NCBI GenBank assembly: GCA_046290225.1
Contig: JBKAGE010000035.1
Span: 482,783 to 546,782 of the forward strand
DNA from: Bradymonadia bacterium
GTDB lineage: Bacteria; Myxococcota_A; Bradymonadia; UBA7976; UBA1532
Reading direction: 5' to 3'
DNA length: 64,000 bases
A program made the translations under genes and the position numbers. How positions within the stretch are numbered: the first letter of the stretch is position 1; each line of letters starts with the position of its first letter. The notes beneath the pieces are model-generated. The model ran no database searches and had not been told where the DNA came from. It was given only the letters and a program-made list of their open reading frames with translations. Positions 28,584 through 38,457 of the stretch are shown here, one piece after another.

Positions 28584-29327
28584 TCATCGAGTAGCACGCT
28601 CACAGTCTTCCACTGCCTCGTCAGACATACCCCAACATCGGTAGCGCGGATTCAGGTCGTACCCGAGGTCGGCCCCCCATGCGTAGCAGTCGTCCATTCT
28701 GTCCATGGGTGCGCGCTCACGTTTGCAGTCTGCCCACCACTGAGCATACTCGGCGATGGCGATGTCTTCACATGCGCGCTGATCTGCGAGAGCAGTCTCA
28801 ATACACGCGTCAAATGCTGGCGTCAGGTCGATGGTCTCAGGCACAGAGTCCCAGTGAGGGCATTCGAGGCGGCAACTGTCGACCTTTGACCTAGAGACTT
28901 CGAGGCACTCTTCATATGTACTGCCAAACGCCAGGCATTCGAGACGAGCCACTCTGCCAATGACTCTGCACGCGTAATCACAGCGAATGGACAGGTCGAG
29001 CAATTCTTGTGTCTCAATATATTCGCAGTATTGAGAAATGCAGTCCTGCCTGAATTTTTCAACATCATCTTCACATTCACTCTGTGAGCTGCCAGAACGA
29101 ATACAAGTATCGAAGTGTGCCTTTGACTTGGATGTGCAGTCTTGAGAGCACGATTGAGTGGTGACATTGGTATGTGAGGGGATTCTTTTGCGAAGCTGTC
29201 TTCTATTGATTGCAGAAGAGATCGACGATGTGAAGTTCGAGTCCTCAATTGAGGCCTCAAATTCTTGATGGCATCCCAATAACGAAATGAAAATAGCAGG
29301 AAATATCCCCCACCTTAGCGCATACAA
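28584..29327 (-). CDS. Low-GC Cys-patterned hypothetical lipoprotein
   Basis: TTG start, LLGC lipobox; visibly AT-richer than the flanks; repeated Cys spacing. Confidence 0.6.
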   Translation of the reverse strand: MYALRWGIFPAIFISLLGCHQEFEASIEDSNFTSSISSAINRRQLRKRIPSHTNVTTQSCSQDCTSKSKAHFDTCIRSGSSQSECEDDVEKFRQDCISQYCEYIETQELLDLSIRCDYACRVIGRVARLECLAFGSTYEECLEVSRSKVDSCRLECPHWDSVPETIDLTPAFDACIETALADQRACEDIAIAEYAQWWADCKRERAPMDRMDDCYAWGADLGYDLNPRYRCWGMSDEAVEDCERATR

Positions 29328-29525
29328 AACAGATAGCCCCCGTTTTTGATGACTGCGAATGGTCTGTACTTTAGAGGGGCTGCGTCGAGAAATTGTCTCA
29401 GGCGTTTGATTGAAGAGTGCTTTTCGATCTCGGTCGAGGCAGGTAGGGGAAGGCGAGGTCAGACGCTCAGAGATGGCGCATGATGTATCTTCTCGCGGGG
29501 GTTGCCTTCAGGGGCTTGATTGCCC

Positions 29526-30251
29526 TCAGGGGATCTTGCCGTCGAGCAGGACCTCGACGCCGCTGCCACCGGCCATGACAGGCTTGGCTGCCTTGCCGAT
29601 CACGTCACCGGAGGTCTTGCTGATGGCGTCGCCGTCGGCGTCGACCCGGGCGGAGATGCGCAGGCTGCCAGCAAGGGCGCTGCCGGGGAACATCAAATCA
29701 GTCGAGGTGATCTCGAACTCGAGGGGGAACTGATCGGCGCCGGTGACGGCGATCTTCTTGGCGGCGAGCAGGCTGCCCTTCTGGCCCTCGCCGGCGTCTT
29801 TGCGCACGATGATGAAGAGGGTCTTTCCGGCGGTGACGCCGGCCTTCACCGTGTCATCGAGCTTGATGGTGCCCTTCACCGGGCCCTGGGCCCCAGCGGG
29901 CTGGCTGCCAGCGGCCCCTGTGGGGGGATGTCCTGCGGGCATGGCCCCCTTGGGCGGGTGGCCGGCGGGCATGGCAGGCTGGCTACCAGCGGCAGGCTTT
30001 GCCGCGGGCTGGCTGCCCGGCGCTGCTGCAGGCTGGCTGCCCGGCGTACCACCGGCAGGCACCTGAGGCACGGTCTTCGGGGCGTTGGGCTGACGGACCT
30101 TGGCCTGCTGGGCCGGCGCCGGGGAGGGGGTGTCGGTCTTCGTCGGGGCGCCGGTCTCTTCCTTCTTGCCACAAGCGCTCAGGGCCATGGCCAGGGCTGC
30201 GGTGGCTACAAGTGCCCCGCGGGTGCGCGTCGTCATCTTCATCACCTTCAT
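29526..30251 (-). CDS. Lipoprotein with a CcmI/CycH C-terminal Ig-like domain
   Basis: LSAC lipobox, MPAGHPP repeats, LFI..R...LAA.K...FPLEF......M.PG...ISARV..DGDA. Confidence 0.7.
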   Translation of the reverse strand: MKVMKMTTRTRGALVATAALAMALSACGKKEETGAPTKTDTPSPAPAQQAKVRQPNAPKTVPQVPAGGTPGSQPAAAPGSQPAAKPAAGSQPAMPAGHPPKGAMPAGHPPTGAAGSQPAGAQGPVKGTIKLDDTVKAGVTAGKTLFIIVRKDAGEGQKGSLLAAKKIAVTGADQFPLEFEITSTDLMFPGSALAGSLRISARVDADGDAISKTSGDVIGKAAKPVMAGGSGVEVLLDGKIP

Positions 30252-30799
30252 GCGTCGTCGTCGCCGATCTGCTTGCGCAGCCGGGCCAGTCGGGCCTGAG
30301 TCTCCGGATCGTCGGAGAGCTCGGGCAGATCTTCTTCGTCCGAGGCGAGGGCCCCACGCTTGCGCCAGAGCAGCACGGCGATGCCCAGCACACCACCACC
30401 GAGCACGAAGGGCAGGATGGGCACCAGGCCCGTGAGCCAGGGCTGGGGCGGGGTGCGGATGTCGTCGCCGTAGCGCTCTTGCAGCAGCTGGAGCACCTCT
30501 TCTTTGCTCTTGCCTTCGCTCAGCCAGATTTTGATCTCCCGGCGGACTTCAAAGGCCTTCCCGCTGGTGCAGGTGAGCAGGGTCTTTCCTGGGCAGAACG
30601 GGCTCTTGAGCTGATCAGCGAGTTTGCTGGCGAGGCGGTTGGCCTCGGTCTCGTCGAGGCTGCCTGCGGCAGGGGCGGGATCTTGCGCCTGCGCCGCAGG
30701 CATCCACGACACTGCGGCCGTGGCGCACATCGCCACCATGCACAACATCGTGATCCAACGGGGGAGCATCTGAGGCTTCAGGCCAGCGGTCTCTCTCAT
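30248..30799 (-). CDS. ccmH: Cytochrome c biogenesis CcmH/CcmL-like protein
   Basis: LKSPFCPGKTLLTC...A...R.EI......G.S..EV......RYG..I...P then a TM helix; coupled to the CcmI-like gene. Confidence 0.7.
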   Translation of the reverse strand: MRETAGLKPQMLPRWITMLCMVAMCATAAVSWMPAAQAQDPAPAAGSLDETEANRLASKLADQLKSPFCPGKTLLTCTSGKAFEVRREIKIWLSEGKSKEEVLQLLQERYGDDIRTPPQPWLTGLVPILPFVLGGGVLGIAVLLWRKRGALASDEEDLPELSDDPETQARLARLRKQIGDDDA

Positions 30800-30932
30800 C
30801 CCATCCTCGTGTCGTCGCCCCGTACAGGGCGGATTGGCGCATCAACATACTGGCTGCATGCGGCAAGGTCGAGTCAGGAGAGACAACGGGGCAGGTCGAT
30901 CGGTCGCCAGGGCAGAGGCCGCCCTGGCTCGA

Positions 30933-31586
30933 TCAGCGACGAACGTCGAGGTAGGCGAGCACTTTGGCCACACCCTGATCATACTGGGCGAGCCATGTTT
31001 CGAAGTAGGTGCCATCACCAGCTTCGGCTGCGTAGCGCAGCCCGCAAGCGGCCCGCTCTGCCACCCAGAAGGCACCACCGGCGGCTTTTTGCTCCAGGGC
31101 TGTTGCTTCCTGGGCAAGGGCTGGCAGGTTCCAGGTGGTGATGGCCTGTCGCATCGCCACAGAGCCTTGAGAGAGGGCCGTGGCGGTGGCGCGCACTGTG
31201 TCCTTGAAGAAGTTGCCGGCGCCGACGAATTGCCCGTTCTTCATGGCGTAATCGAGGGCTTTGAGGGCCTCCGAGTTCTCGTAACGGATGCGCTCGAGGA
31301 TCAGATCTCCCTCTTGCACGTCGTTGTCACGGGCCATCATGAGCAACAAGAACGAGAGCAACTCCACCTTCCAGAACCCCATGTTCGAGCTGGAGCCCTT
31401 CATCTTGTGGGCGGCCTCTTCAATGGCGTGATTGTCGCCTTCAGTGATGCCGGCGAGGAGAGACTCGAGCTGATTGGGGGTGTCGTCGACGTAGATCTCG
31501 ACGAGGTCTTGCACAAACTCCTCGTCACCGTCAGTGACCTGGAGAATCTGCTCGAAGTCCACAGGACAGGGCACAGGCTCAGTCAT
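30933..31586 (-). CDS. Hpt (histidine phosphotransfer) domain protein
   Basis: GDEEFVQDLVEIY...AAHKMKGSSSNMG. Confidence 0.8.
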   Translation of the reverse strand: MTEPVPCPVDFEQILQVTDGDEEFVQDLVEIYVDDTPNQLESLLAGITEGDNHAIEEAAHKMKGSSSNMGFWKVELLSFLLLMMARDNDVQEGDLILERIRYENSEALKALDYAMKNGQFVGAGNFFKDTVRATATALSQGSVAMRQAITTWNLPALAQEATALEQKAAGGAFWVAERAACGLRYAAEAGDGTYFETWLAQYDQGVAKVLAYLDVRR

Positions 31587-32445
31587 GGCGTTCGCCGTCC
31601 GCTCGCCCCCCTGAAGTTTTGCCAGACTCACTGATCTGCTCCTCGAGATCTGCCTCTACATCATCTGTATCGGCAGTTGTCTCCAGGACCTTTTGCCCAT
31701 TTGTATGTGTCTGGCCGTCAGCAGCGTACACCATACCCCACAAGCGCCGCATCTCGGAAAATACGCCCGCCACCATGCTCAGCTCTCCGTGATCGGGGTT
31801 GGCCCGAGTCATCAAACGCCTGAAACGGCGCACGAAGTTGTCTGGTGTTCGTCCTGGCGGGTATCCGGTGAACTCACAGACCGAGGTCACGTGGTCAAAG
31901 AAACCATCCCGAGCTTTGGCAGAGGCACGGGGGGCTTCAGGGGGGGTCACTGGCGCACCCACCTGCCCCGATTTGGGACGCCCGAGTTCATAAGCGAGCA
32001 GGGCCACGGCATGACTGAGGTTCATCGAAGGGAACTGCTTGGACGTGTGAATGCGCACGAGGGCATCACAGCGGCTCTTCTCAGCGGTGGTCATCCCGGA
32101 TCGCTCGGTGCCGAAGACCACAGCCACGTGCTCGCCCTCGGCGAGGTGCTCGGTCAACGTGGTCACGGGCCACTCCGGCGGTGCGTCGGGATCGCGGGGT
32201 CGGCGGCTGGTGCCCAGCACGCGATCACAGTCGGCGATGGCCGAGGGCAGATCTGCATGCCACTGCACCTGGATCACCTCCACGGCGCCGCTGGAGAACC
32301 AGTAGAGATCCTCATCGGAGAGGTGGCTTCGATCTTCGGTGACTACACGGACCGACTGCAGATCGAAGTTCGCGGCGGCTCGAATCACGCTGCCCACATT
32401 GCGCACGTCGGTGGGGTGGCAGAGCACGATGTGTCCGTTGATCAT
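31579..32445 (-). CDS. SPOUT RNA methyltransferase, TrmJ/LasT-like
   Basis: IVL.HP....NVGSVIRA..NF, VFGTERSGM, PSMNLSHAV...YE. Confidence 0.9.
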   Translation of the reverse strand: MINGHIVLCHPTDVRNVGSVIRAAANFDLQSVRVVTEDRSHLSDEDLYWFSSGAVEVIQVQWHADLPSAIADCDRVLGTSRRPRDPDAPPEWPVTTLTEHLAEGEHVAVVFGTERSGMTTAEKSRCDALVRIHTSKQFPSMNLSHAVALLAYELGRPKSGQVGAPVTPPEAPRASAKARDGFFDHVTSVCEFTGYPPGRTPDNFVRRFRRLMTRANPDHGELSMVAGVFSEMRRLWGMVYAADGQTHTNGQKVLETTADTDDVEADLEEQISESGKTSGGRADGERHD

Positions 32446-32462
32446 CTCGCAGAGGCTTTCTT

Positions 32463-33776
32463 TTATGTGTTCTTGAGCATGTGCCAGGTCACCCCGGCGG
32501 CGATGCCGCCCATGGTGGCCAGGATCACCCCCACCCAGAACCACAGACGCCCTCGCCCTGAAGAGGTCGCCTCTTCTTCTTCCGGTGGTGGATCTGGTGG
32601 CTCGGGGAGGGTCTCCGGCGCGGGGATGAGTGCAGGTCGCGCCGGGGCGGGCTCGGGGCTCTGATCGAGGGACTCGTCCACTCGATACTCTGGTGGGGCG
32701 TTGAGAGAGATCGACTCGAAGGGCACATAGCCCGTCTCGTCTTCCTGGTGCACCTCGGCGCCTTCCTGAGGAATGTTGTGCGATCCTGTCGCAATGGCGC
32801 CGGCGCTCAACTGCCCGCGGATCATCTCGAGCTGTCGACAGACGGTGAGGGCATCTGAGGGTCGATCGTCGCGGTGCTTGGACAAAAGGTCGAGCACCAG
32901 GGCCTCGAGTGACTCTGGCAGACGCTTGTTCGGGGGCAGCAGCTGGTTGGGCGGGATCACCGCATCTTGAATGATCGAGGTCACGGTGCGCCCGCTCACC
33001 CGCCGCCGGGTGAGGGCTTCGTACAAGATCACCCCGAGGCTGTAGAGATCAGAGCGCCCGTCGAGCTCGTCGCCGAGGCATTGCTCCGGCGACATGTAGC
33101 GCAGGGTGCCGAACAGGCGTTCCTGCTCGTCACGGGGCTCGGCGTCGAGCATGGCGGCGATGCCGAAGTCCACGAGCTTCATGCGCCACGCGACGCCGTC
33201 GAGATCGTCTTCCCGGGCCTCGAGGTACACATTGTCGGGTTTGAGATCCCGATGCACGATGTGCTCGGCATGGGCTGCAGACAAGGCGTGGGTGATCTCG
33301 ATGGCGATGGGCAGGATCTCTGACGGATCCATTGGTGCCTTCGCGCGGAGCAGCTGTTTGAGGGTCTGGCCTTCGAGCAGCTCCATGGCGATGTAGGCCG
33401 TGCGACCGTCGGCGGTGATGTCAGCGTCGAAGATGGTCACCACATTGGGGTGACTCAGCCGGGCAGCGGCGATGGCCTCGTCTTGAAACAGCCGGCGCTG
33501 TAGCGGGCTGGCGTAGAAGCGGGGGAACAGCACCTTGAGGGCGATGTCGTCGCCCACGAGCATGCGGCGCGCCCGGAACACCATGCCCATGCCGCCGATG
33601 CCCAGGATCTCTTCGATGTCGTACTTGCCGTCGATCTCACGGCCCACCCAGTCTTCCGGCGGATCACCGGGCTCGGGCATGACCTGACCACACGAGCCGC
33701 AGTGGGTGAGATCGCTGGAGACCCGGTGGCCACACTTCGGGCACGGTACCCAGGAGGGCCCGCCGCTCACGGTCAT
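32463..33776 (-). CDS. Ser/Thr protein kinase with N-terminal zinc ribbon and C-terminal TM
   Basis: CPKC/CGSC, LGIGGMG.V, ALK, HRDLKPDN, DFG, D.YSLG. Confidence 0.92.
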   Translation of the reverse strand: MTVSGGPSWVPCPKCGHRVSSDLTHCGSCGQVMPEPGDPPEDWVGREIDGKYDIEEILGIGGMGMVFRARRMLVGDDIALKVLFPRFYASPLQRRLFQDEAIAAARLSHPNVVTIFDADITADGRTAYIAMELLEGQTLKQLLRAKAPMDPSEILPIAIEITHALSAAHAEHIVHRDLKPDNVYLEAREDDLDGVAWRMKLVDFGIAAMLDAEPRDEQERLFGTLRYMSPEQCLGDELDGRSDLYSLGVILYEALTRRRVSGRTVTSIIQDAVIPPNQLLPPNKRLPESLEALVLDLLSKHRDDRPSDALTVCRQLEMIRGQLSAGAIATGSHNIPQEGAEVHQEDETGYVPFESISLNAPPEYRVDESLDQSPEPAPARPALIPAPETLPEPPDPPPEEEEATSSGRGRLWFWVGVILATMGGIAAGVTWHMLKNT

Positions 33777-33908
33777 GGGTGCACCTCGGGGATCAGGCAA
33801 AGGGAAGGTTGAGCTGGTCGTGGGTGTTTCAATTCGGTGGATTCTGGCATGATGTTTTGCCCCTTGAACAGGGGGTAAGCAGAAACAACCCTTTGGCGCT
33901 GAACACCT

Positions 33909-35438
33909 TTGCAGACCGACACCCCACAGACCGTCGAAGATCCACGCTGCCCGGTCTGTAGCTGCGCCCTCGATCCAGAGATGACCGTATGTCCGGCCTG
34001 TGGATACGACCTCAGGATGGCCAACGGGCCTTTTGCCGACGAGGCGTTGCTGGAGCGACGATACCGCATCGACGGCGAGGTGGGTCGCGGTGGCATGGGG
34101 GTGGTCTACAAGGGCACTGATCTCACCTTGAGTCGCCCGGTGGCCATCAAGGCGGTTCGTCAGGCCGACGCCGATCCGCAGACGCTCTCCCGATTCATCC
34201 GCGAAGCGCGGGCCCTGGCGGCGGTGGAGCACCCCGCTCTGGTGCCGGTCTATGCCGTAGGCAGCCAGGACGGCGCGTACTACCTAGTGATGAAGTTCAT
34301 CGAGGGCAACACCCTCAAGTCGTTGCTCAAGCGCCGGGGCAGCCTCACGGTGAAGGAGACCCGCAAGATCATCGACACGGTGTGTGATGCCTTGGGGGCG
34401 CTGCACCGTGGCAAGTTGATCCACCGCGACATCAAGCCTGGCAACATCATGGTGCAGCCCGATGGCCGTGTCGTGGTGATGGATCTGGGCATTGTGAAGT
34501 CGGTGGACGACAACACGAACACCACGGCCCTGGCCCTGGGTACACCCAAGTACATGGCCCCGGAGCTGCTCACGGGTCACAAGGTCGACGGCCGCGCTGA
34601 TCTCTACAGCCTCGGTGTGGTGGCTTTCGAGGCCCTCACGGGTCGGGTGCCCTTCGACGGCCCCACCCCCATGGCGATCCTGTTCAAGCAGGCCCACGAA
34701 GAGCCCCCGAGCCTCGAAGCAGAGATGCCTCAGATCCCCAAGAGCCTGTCTCGGGCGGTGGATCGGGCGCTTTCGAAAGATCCAGAGGCGCGCTGCCGCA
34801 CGGCGATGCAGTTCGCCGATGAGGCCAACGCCCCGGAGCCGGAGCCGGAGCCCGAGAAGAGCAAGGTGGGCCTGTGGCTTGCCCTGCTGGTGCTCGTCGG
34901 TGCACTGGGCGCCGGGGGCTGGTGGTGGAGCCAGCAACCCGATGGCCCGGGACCCGAGGGTGGTCAGGTCAACAACGGGGGTGCAAGCACCACGGGCTCA
35001 TCTGATCTGCCCACTGGGCAAAACCCCCCAGGTGATGCGGACTCGAAGCAGAACATGGTGCCGACCGGGTCAGATGCCATGGTCATGGACGTCATCTCCG
35101 TGACTGAGGCCGACGCCGGCGCTCAGGTCGGCGCCCAGCGTGATGCTGCCGTTGAGCCACCAGAGGCTGACGCCCAACCCAAGGCCAAGATCAACCGGCC
35201 GGAGCCTGCACCTCGAGTGACCATCACCGTCAACAGCACGCCGAACGGGGCTGAGGTCTTCGAAGGCAGCCGATCCCTGGGTCGGACGCCGTTCACCCTG
35301 AAGCGCAGGAAGTCGAGCAAGACCCTCACCTGGAAGGTCAAGCGCCGGGGGTACACCGATCGCACGGTTAAGGTTAAGCTGAGCGAAAGTCAGGTCTTGA
35401 AGGTCAAGCTCAAAGAGATGTTCGAGCTGCTGCCCTGA
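33909..35438 (+). CDS. Ser/Thr protein kinase with zinc ribbon, TM and C-terminal PEGA domain
   Basis: CPVC/CPAC, GRGGMG.VY, HRDIKPGN, DLG, GTPKYMAPE; S.P.GA.V....LG.TP. Confidence 0.92.
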   Translation: MQTDTPQTVEDPRCPVCSCALDPEMTVCPACGYDLRMANGPFADEALLERRYRIDGEVGRGGMGVVYKGTDLTLSRPVAIKAVRQADADPQTLSRFIREARALAAVEHPALVPVYAVGSQDGAYYLVMKFIEGNTLKSLLKRRGSLTVKETRKIIDTVCDALGALHRGKLIHRDIKPGNIMVQPDGRVVVMDLGIVKSVDDNTNTTALALGTPKYMAPELLTGHKVDGRADLYSLGVVAFEALTGRVPFDGPTPMAILFKQAHEEPPSLEAEMPQIPKSLSRAVDRALSKDPEARCRTAMQFADEANAPEPEPEPEKSKVGLWLALLVLVGALGAGGWWWSQQPDGPGPEGGQVNNGGASTTGSSDLPTGQNPPGDADSKQNMVPTGSDAMVMDVISVTEADAGAQVGAQRDAAVEPPEADAQPKAKINRPEPAPRVTITVNSTPNGAEVFEGSRSLGRTPFTLKRRKSSKTLTWKVKRRGYTDRTVKVKLSESQVLKVKLKEMFELLP

Positions 35439-35458
35439 GACCCTTCCTCGTGCATTGC

Positions 35459-36625
35459 ATGTCTGTGAGCTTCATGTCGTTTCGCATCGTCATCGTCGCC
35501 CTTTGTCTCTGTGTCGCCGGTCTTTCTGGCGCTCTGGCTCAAGGTGAGCAGGCGCCCCCTGCAGATCAGGCCCGGGCGCTGAGCCTGAAGGCGGCGCAGG
35601 CCTTCAAGGCCAAGAACTTCGCCGAAGCGCTGGAGATGTTTCAGCAGGCCAACGCGCTGGTGCCTCACCCCAACCTCGAGGTGAACATCGGTCGATGTTT
35701 CGAGGCGTTGGGGCAGCCCGAGCAGGCCCTTGCACATTGCCGAGCAGCCCTCGAGGCGCCCAACGTACCTGCCCCCACGGCTCAGGCCGCCCGTAAGTGT
35801 GTCGCCCGAGCAGACGACACGCTCAAGCGTCCGATCCTGGAGCTGAACACGACCCCCGTCGGGGCCACGGTCTACATCGACGGCCGCCGCATGGGTCGCA
35901 CTCCGTGGCGGGGGATCATCATGCCGGGCAAGCACGTGCTCGAGCTCGATCTCGAGGGCTACGCTCACGTCAAGAAGCCCATCGTCGCCGAGCGGGGGCA
36001 GACCTATAACTTCAAGTTCAACCTCGACGCCGCGGAGCAGGGGGCGCTGCTCACCCTCGACAGCAACCCTCAGGGGGCCGAGGTCCTCCTCGACGGCCAG
36101 CCTGTGGGTGTGACGCCCCTACAAGGTCTGCAGCTTGAGAGCCGCACCTATCAAGTCGAGCTGCGTCGACCGGGCTATGCCGCTCAGATCTTCACCATCA
36201 ACTTGCCCGATGGTGGGGCCGTGGAGCGCAGAACGGTCCTGGTGCCTCTCGATCGCCGCATCGGTGGCGCCCATGGCCGGCCTGGGTGGCCCGGGTGGGC
36301 CCTCGTAGGCCTCAGCGCCGTGGCTGTGAGTGTGGGGGCGTGGTCCGGATCTCAAGCCCTTGACGCCCGTCAGGATGCAGACGAGCTGGCCCGCACCAGC
36401 GGCGCCGCCGTCGATCGGGCGCAATACGACAGCCTCGTGAGCGATATGGAGAACAGCCGCATTCTCTCGGACGCGATGTTCATCACCGCCGGGGTGGCTG
36501 CTGCGGGCGCTGTGGCCTGGTTCCTCTGGCCTGAAGGGGACGACACCCCCGTTCAGCGGAGCGCGCCGGTGAACAGCAACCCCGACGAGCCGGCGTTCGA
36601 GCCTGAGCCCCGGGGAGCTTGGTGA
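35459..36625 (+). CDS. TPR plus tandem PEGA domain exported/membrane protein
   Basis: Signal peptide, TPR (NIGRCFEALG), two P.GA.V..DG...G.TP motifs, C-terminal hydrophobic helices. Confidence 0.85.
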   Translation: MSVSFMSFRIVIVALCLCVAGLSGALAQGEQAPPADQARALSLKAAQAFKAKNFAEALEMFQQANALVPHPNLEVNIGRCFEALGQPEQALAHCRAALEAPNVPAPTAQAARKCVARADDTLKRPILELNTTPVGATVYIDGRRMGRTPWRGIIMPGKHVLELDLEGYAHVKKPIVAERGQTYNFKFNLDAAEQGALLTLDSNPQGAEVLLDGQPVGVTPLQGLQLESRTYQVELRRPGYAAQIFTINLPDGGAVERRTVLVPLDRRIGGAHGRPGWPGWALVGLSAVAVSVGAWSGSQALDARQDADELARTSGAAVDRAQYDSLVSDMENSRILSDAMFITAGVAAAGAVAWFLWPEGDDTPVQRSAPVNSNPDEPAFEPEPRGAW

Positions 36626-37611
36626 GGTGCATGGCTGGCGACGGCCGTGCTTGGGCGCGGCCGGTGCGGCACCCATTCAATCCGCACATTACACCGAGCG
36701 TAAGGGCTCGGCTTGAGGGGCGCCTCCTCGAAGCCCAGGCGGCGATAGAGCGCAATGGCGGGCTTCAAGATGTTGCTCGTCTCCAACTCCACTTCATGGG
36801 CCTCCGCGGTCTCGGCCCAGGCCAGAGCCGCCTCCAGCAGGCTGCGGCCTATCCCTCGACCTTGCCAGGCCTCGTCCACCCCCATCTTGGCCAGCTCATA
36901 CACGCCAGGGCCGTGAGGCATCATGGCGCAGGTGCCCACCGCCACACCGTCGTGCACCGCGAAGAAGATCTCGCCTCCGGGATCGATGATGTGGCGTTGT
37001 GGATCCCCGAGGATCTCCAGATCCCGTGCTTCTGGCTCGAAGTGGGCGTTGAGCCATGCCAGCGTCAGGCGCTCGAAGTCCGGCGCCCGCTCGGGCGTGA
37101 AGAGCTCGACCTCGGGCGGGGCGCGGTGGGCCGTGGCGTCCCGTACACGGGCCACCAGATCGCGACGCTCCAAGGCACTCTCCGTGGCGGTCATTGCTGA
37201 GATCAAATCAGCGCCCTCACCCATCAGAGTCTCCAGAGCAGAGATCATGTCACCCCAGAACGGGCGTAGGTGCTGACACATCACTTCGCCTTCTTCGGTG
37301 AGTCGGAGCAGCGTGCGTCGCTCATCCGCAGGATCCTTCCCCGTATTCACGAGGCCACGCTCTCGAAGCTGACGGCTCTGAGTGCTCACCGCGGCGTGGG
37401 TCACCCGCAGGTGGGCAGCGGCGTCGCTCACCGTGAGCGGGCCCTTGGCATCGAGCAGCCTGAACAAAGGGAACCAGCGCGGCTCGAAGCCGACGTCCGC
37501 CTGAGCGTAGAGGGTGGCGCTGCTCTGCATCAGCACGTCGCTGAGCCGCCGCAGTCGGCTGCCGAGGGCGATGAGACCCAGAGAGCGAATGTAGTCGTCA
37601 GGTGTGGTCAT
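36553..37611 (-). CDS. MarR-HTH / GNAT acetyltransferase fusion
   Basis: LGSRLRRLS, DPADERRTLL.LT; YELAKMGV....QGRGIG, AIALYRRLGF. Confidence 0.9.
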   Translation of the reverse strand: MTTPDDYIRSLGLIALGSRLRRLSDVLMQSSATLYAQADVGFEPRWFPLFRLLDAKGPLTVSDAAAHLRVTHAAVSTQSRQLRERGLVNTGKDPADERRTLLRLTEEGEVMCQHLRPFWGDMISALETLMGEGADLISAMTATESALERRDLVARVRDATAHRAPPEVELFTPERAPDFERLTLAWLNAHFEPEARDLEILGDPQRHIIDPGGEIFFAVHDGVAVGTCAMMPHGPGVYELAKMGVDEAWQGRGIGRSLLEAALAWAETAEAHEVELETSNILKPAIALYRRLGFEEAPLKPSPYARCNVRIEWVPHRPRPSTAVASHAPHQAPRGSGSNAGSSGLLFTGALR

Positions 37612-37659
37612 TGTGCGTCCTCCGTGTGCTCTACGAAGTTAGTCACTATGTTTACGTAA

Positions 37660-38304
37660 TCAAGTTACGTTTTTGGGGGCATGGGCCAGAACCATGCACC
37701 TGATTCTCACAACACCACGAGACCGAAGGGCTTTTGTCGCTGCGGTGAGCGTTGCGCCTGTGGTGGTCACGTCGTCGACTAAGAGCACATCTGCGCCTTC
37801 GAGCCGAGCCGTGGCATCAAATGCCCCCTCGACGTTGGTCAGCCGACGTGCGAAGTCACAGGCCGCTTGAGGCGATGTCTGGCGTACACGCTTCAACTGA
37901 CCTTGGGGCACCCCCAGCGTGCGGGCCACCTTCGAGGTGAGGCCGGCAGTGAGGTCGAACCCGCGGCGCTTCACCCGTTGGCGATGCCCGGGGATCCCCA
38001 CCACCCTGTCAGGCGGGTCAAGGCGCAAACCTTCGGGGATCTCTTCAACCATGCGCTTCATGAGCATGCCCCACCCACCGATCCGCTGGTCGTATTTCAG
38101 CCTGCGGATCAGCGAGCGCAGGGCGCCCTCATATGCGCCGGTCGACCATGTGAGATCCCCAGATGAAGAGACGGGCTCCAGAGGCCTCGAGGGCATCAGT
38201 CGGTGGCAGAGGGTACACAGAGGCCCCCACCCCAAGGGGGAGGCGCAGTGCAGACACTGGCCGGGCCAGAGGGTGGTCATCAGGGTGGCGAGGGGGTGTT
38301 CCAT
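37660..38304 (-). CDS. comF: ComF family protein (zinc ribbon + phosphoribosyltransferase)
   Basis: CLHC/CTLC, R...RGF, LLVDDVTTTGAT. Confidence 0.88.
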   Translation of the reverse strand: MEHPLATLMTTLWPGQCLHCASPLGWGPLCTLCHRLMPSRPLEPVSSSGDLTWSTGAYEGALRSLIRRLKYDQRIGGWGMLMKRMVEEIPEGLRLDPPDRVVGIPGHRQRVKRRGFDLTAGLTSKVARTLGVPQGQLKRVRQTSPQAACDFARRLTNVEGAFDATARLEGADVLLVDDVTTTGATLTAATKALRSRGVVRIRCMVLAHAPKNVT

Positions 38305-38457
38305 ATCGATCTCCTCCAGCAGTCGTGAGGAGATGTGTCAGAAGCCGTTGATGTACCGCTCGGGGCTCTCAGTTCCACCCTGAAATCAGGGGGAAGCATC
38401 GGCTCGATCAACATGATAAGGTACGCCGCCAAATGTGGCCCCAAAGGAGCCCGGACC

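Noticed and set aside
33845..33860. sigma54 promoter between the divergent kinases (TGGCATGATGTTTTGC)
   Set aside because: Spacing is GG-N11-GC, one base off the strict requirement.
36553..36625. Functional overlap between the MarR-GNAT and TPR-PEGA genes
   Set aside because: Only low-complexity tails overlap, which is best explained by stop-codon drift.
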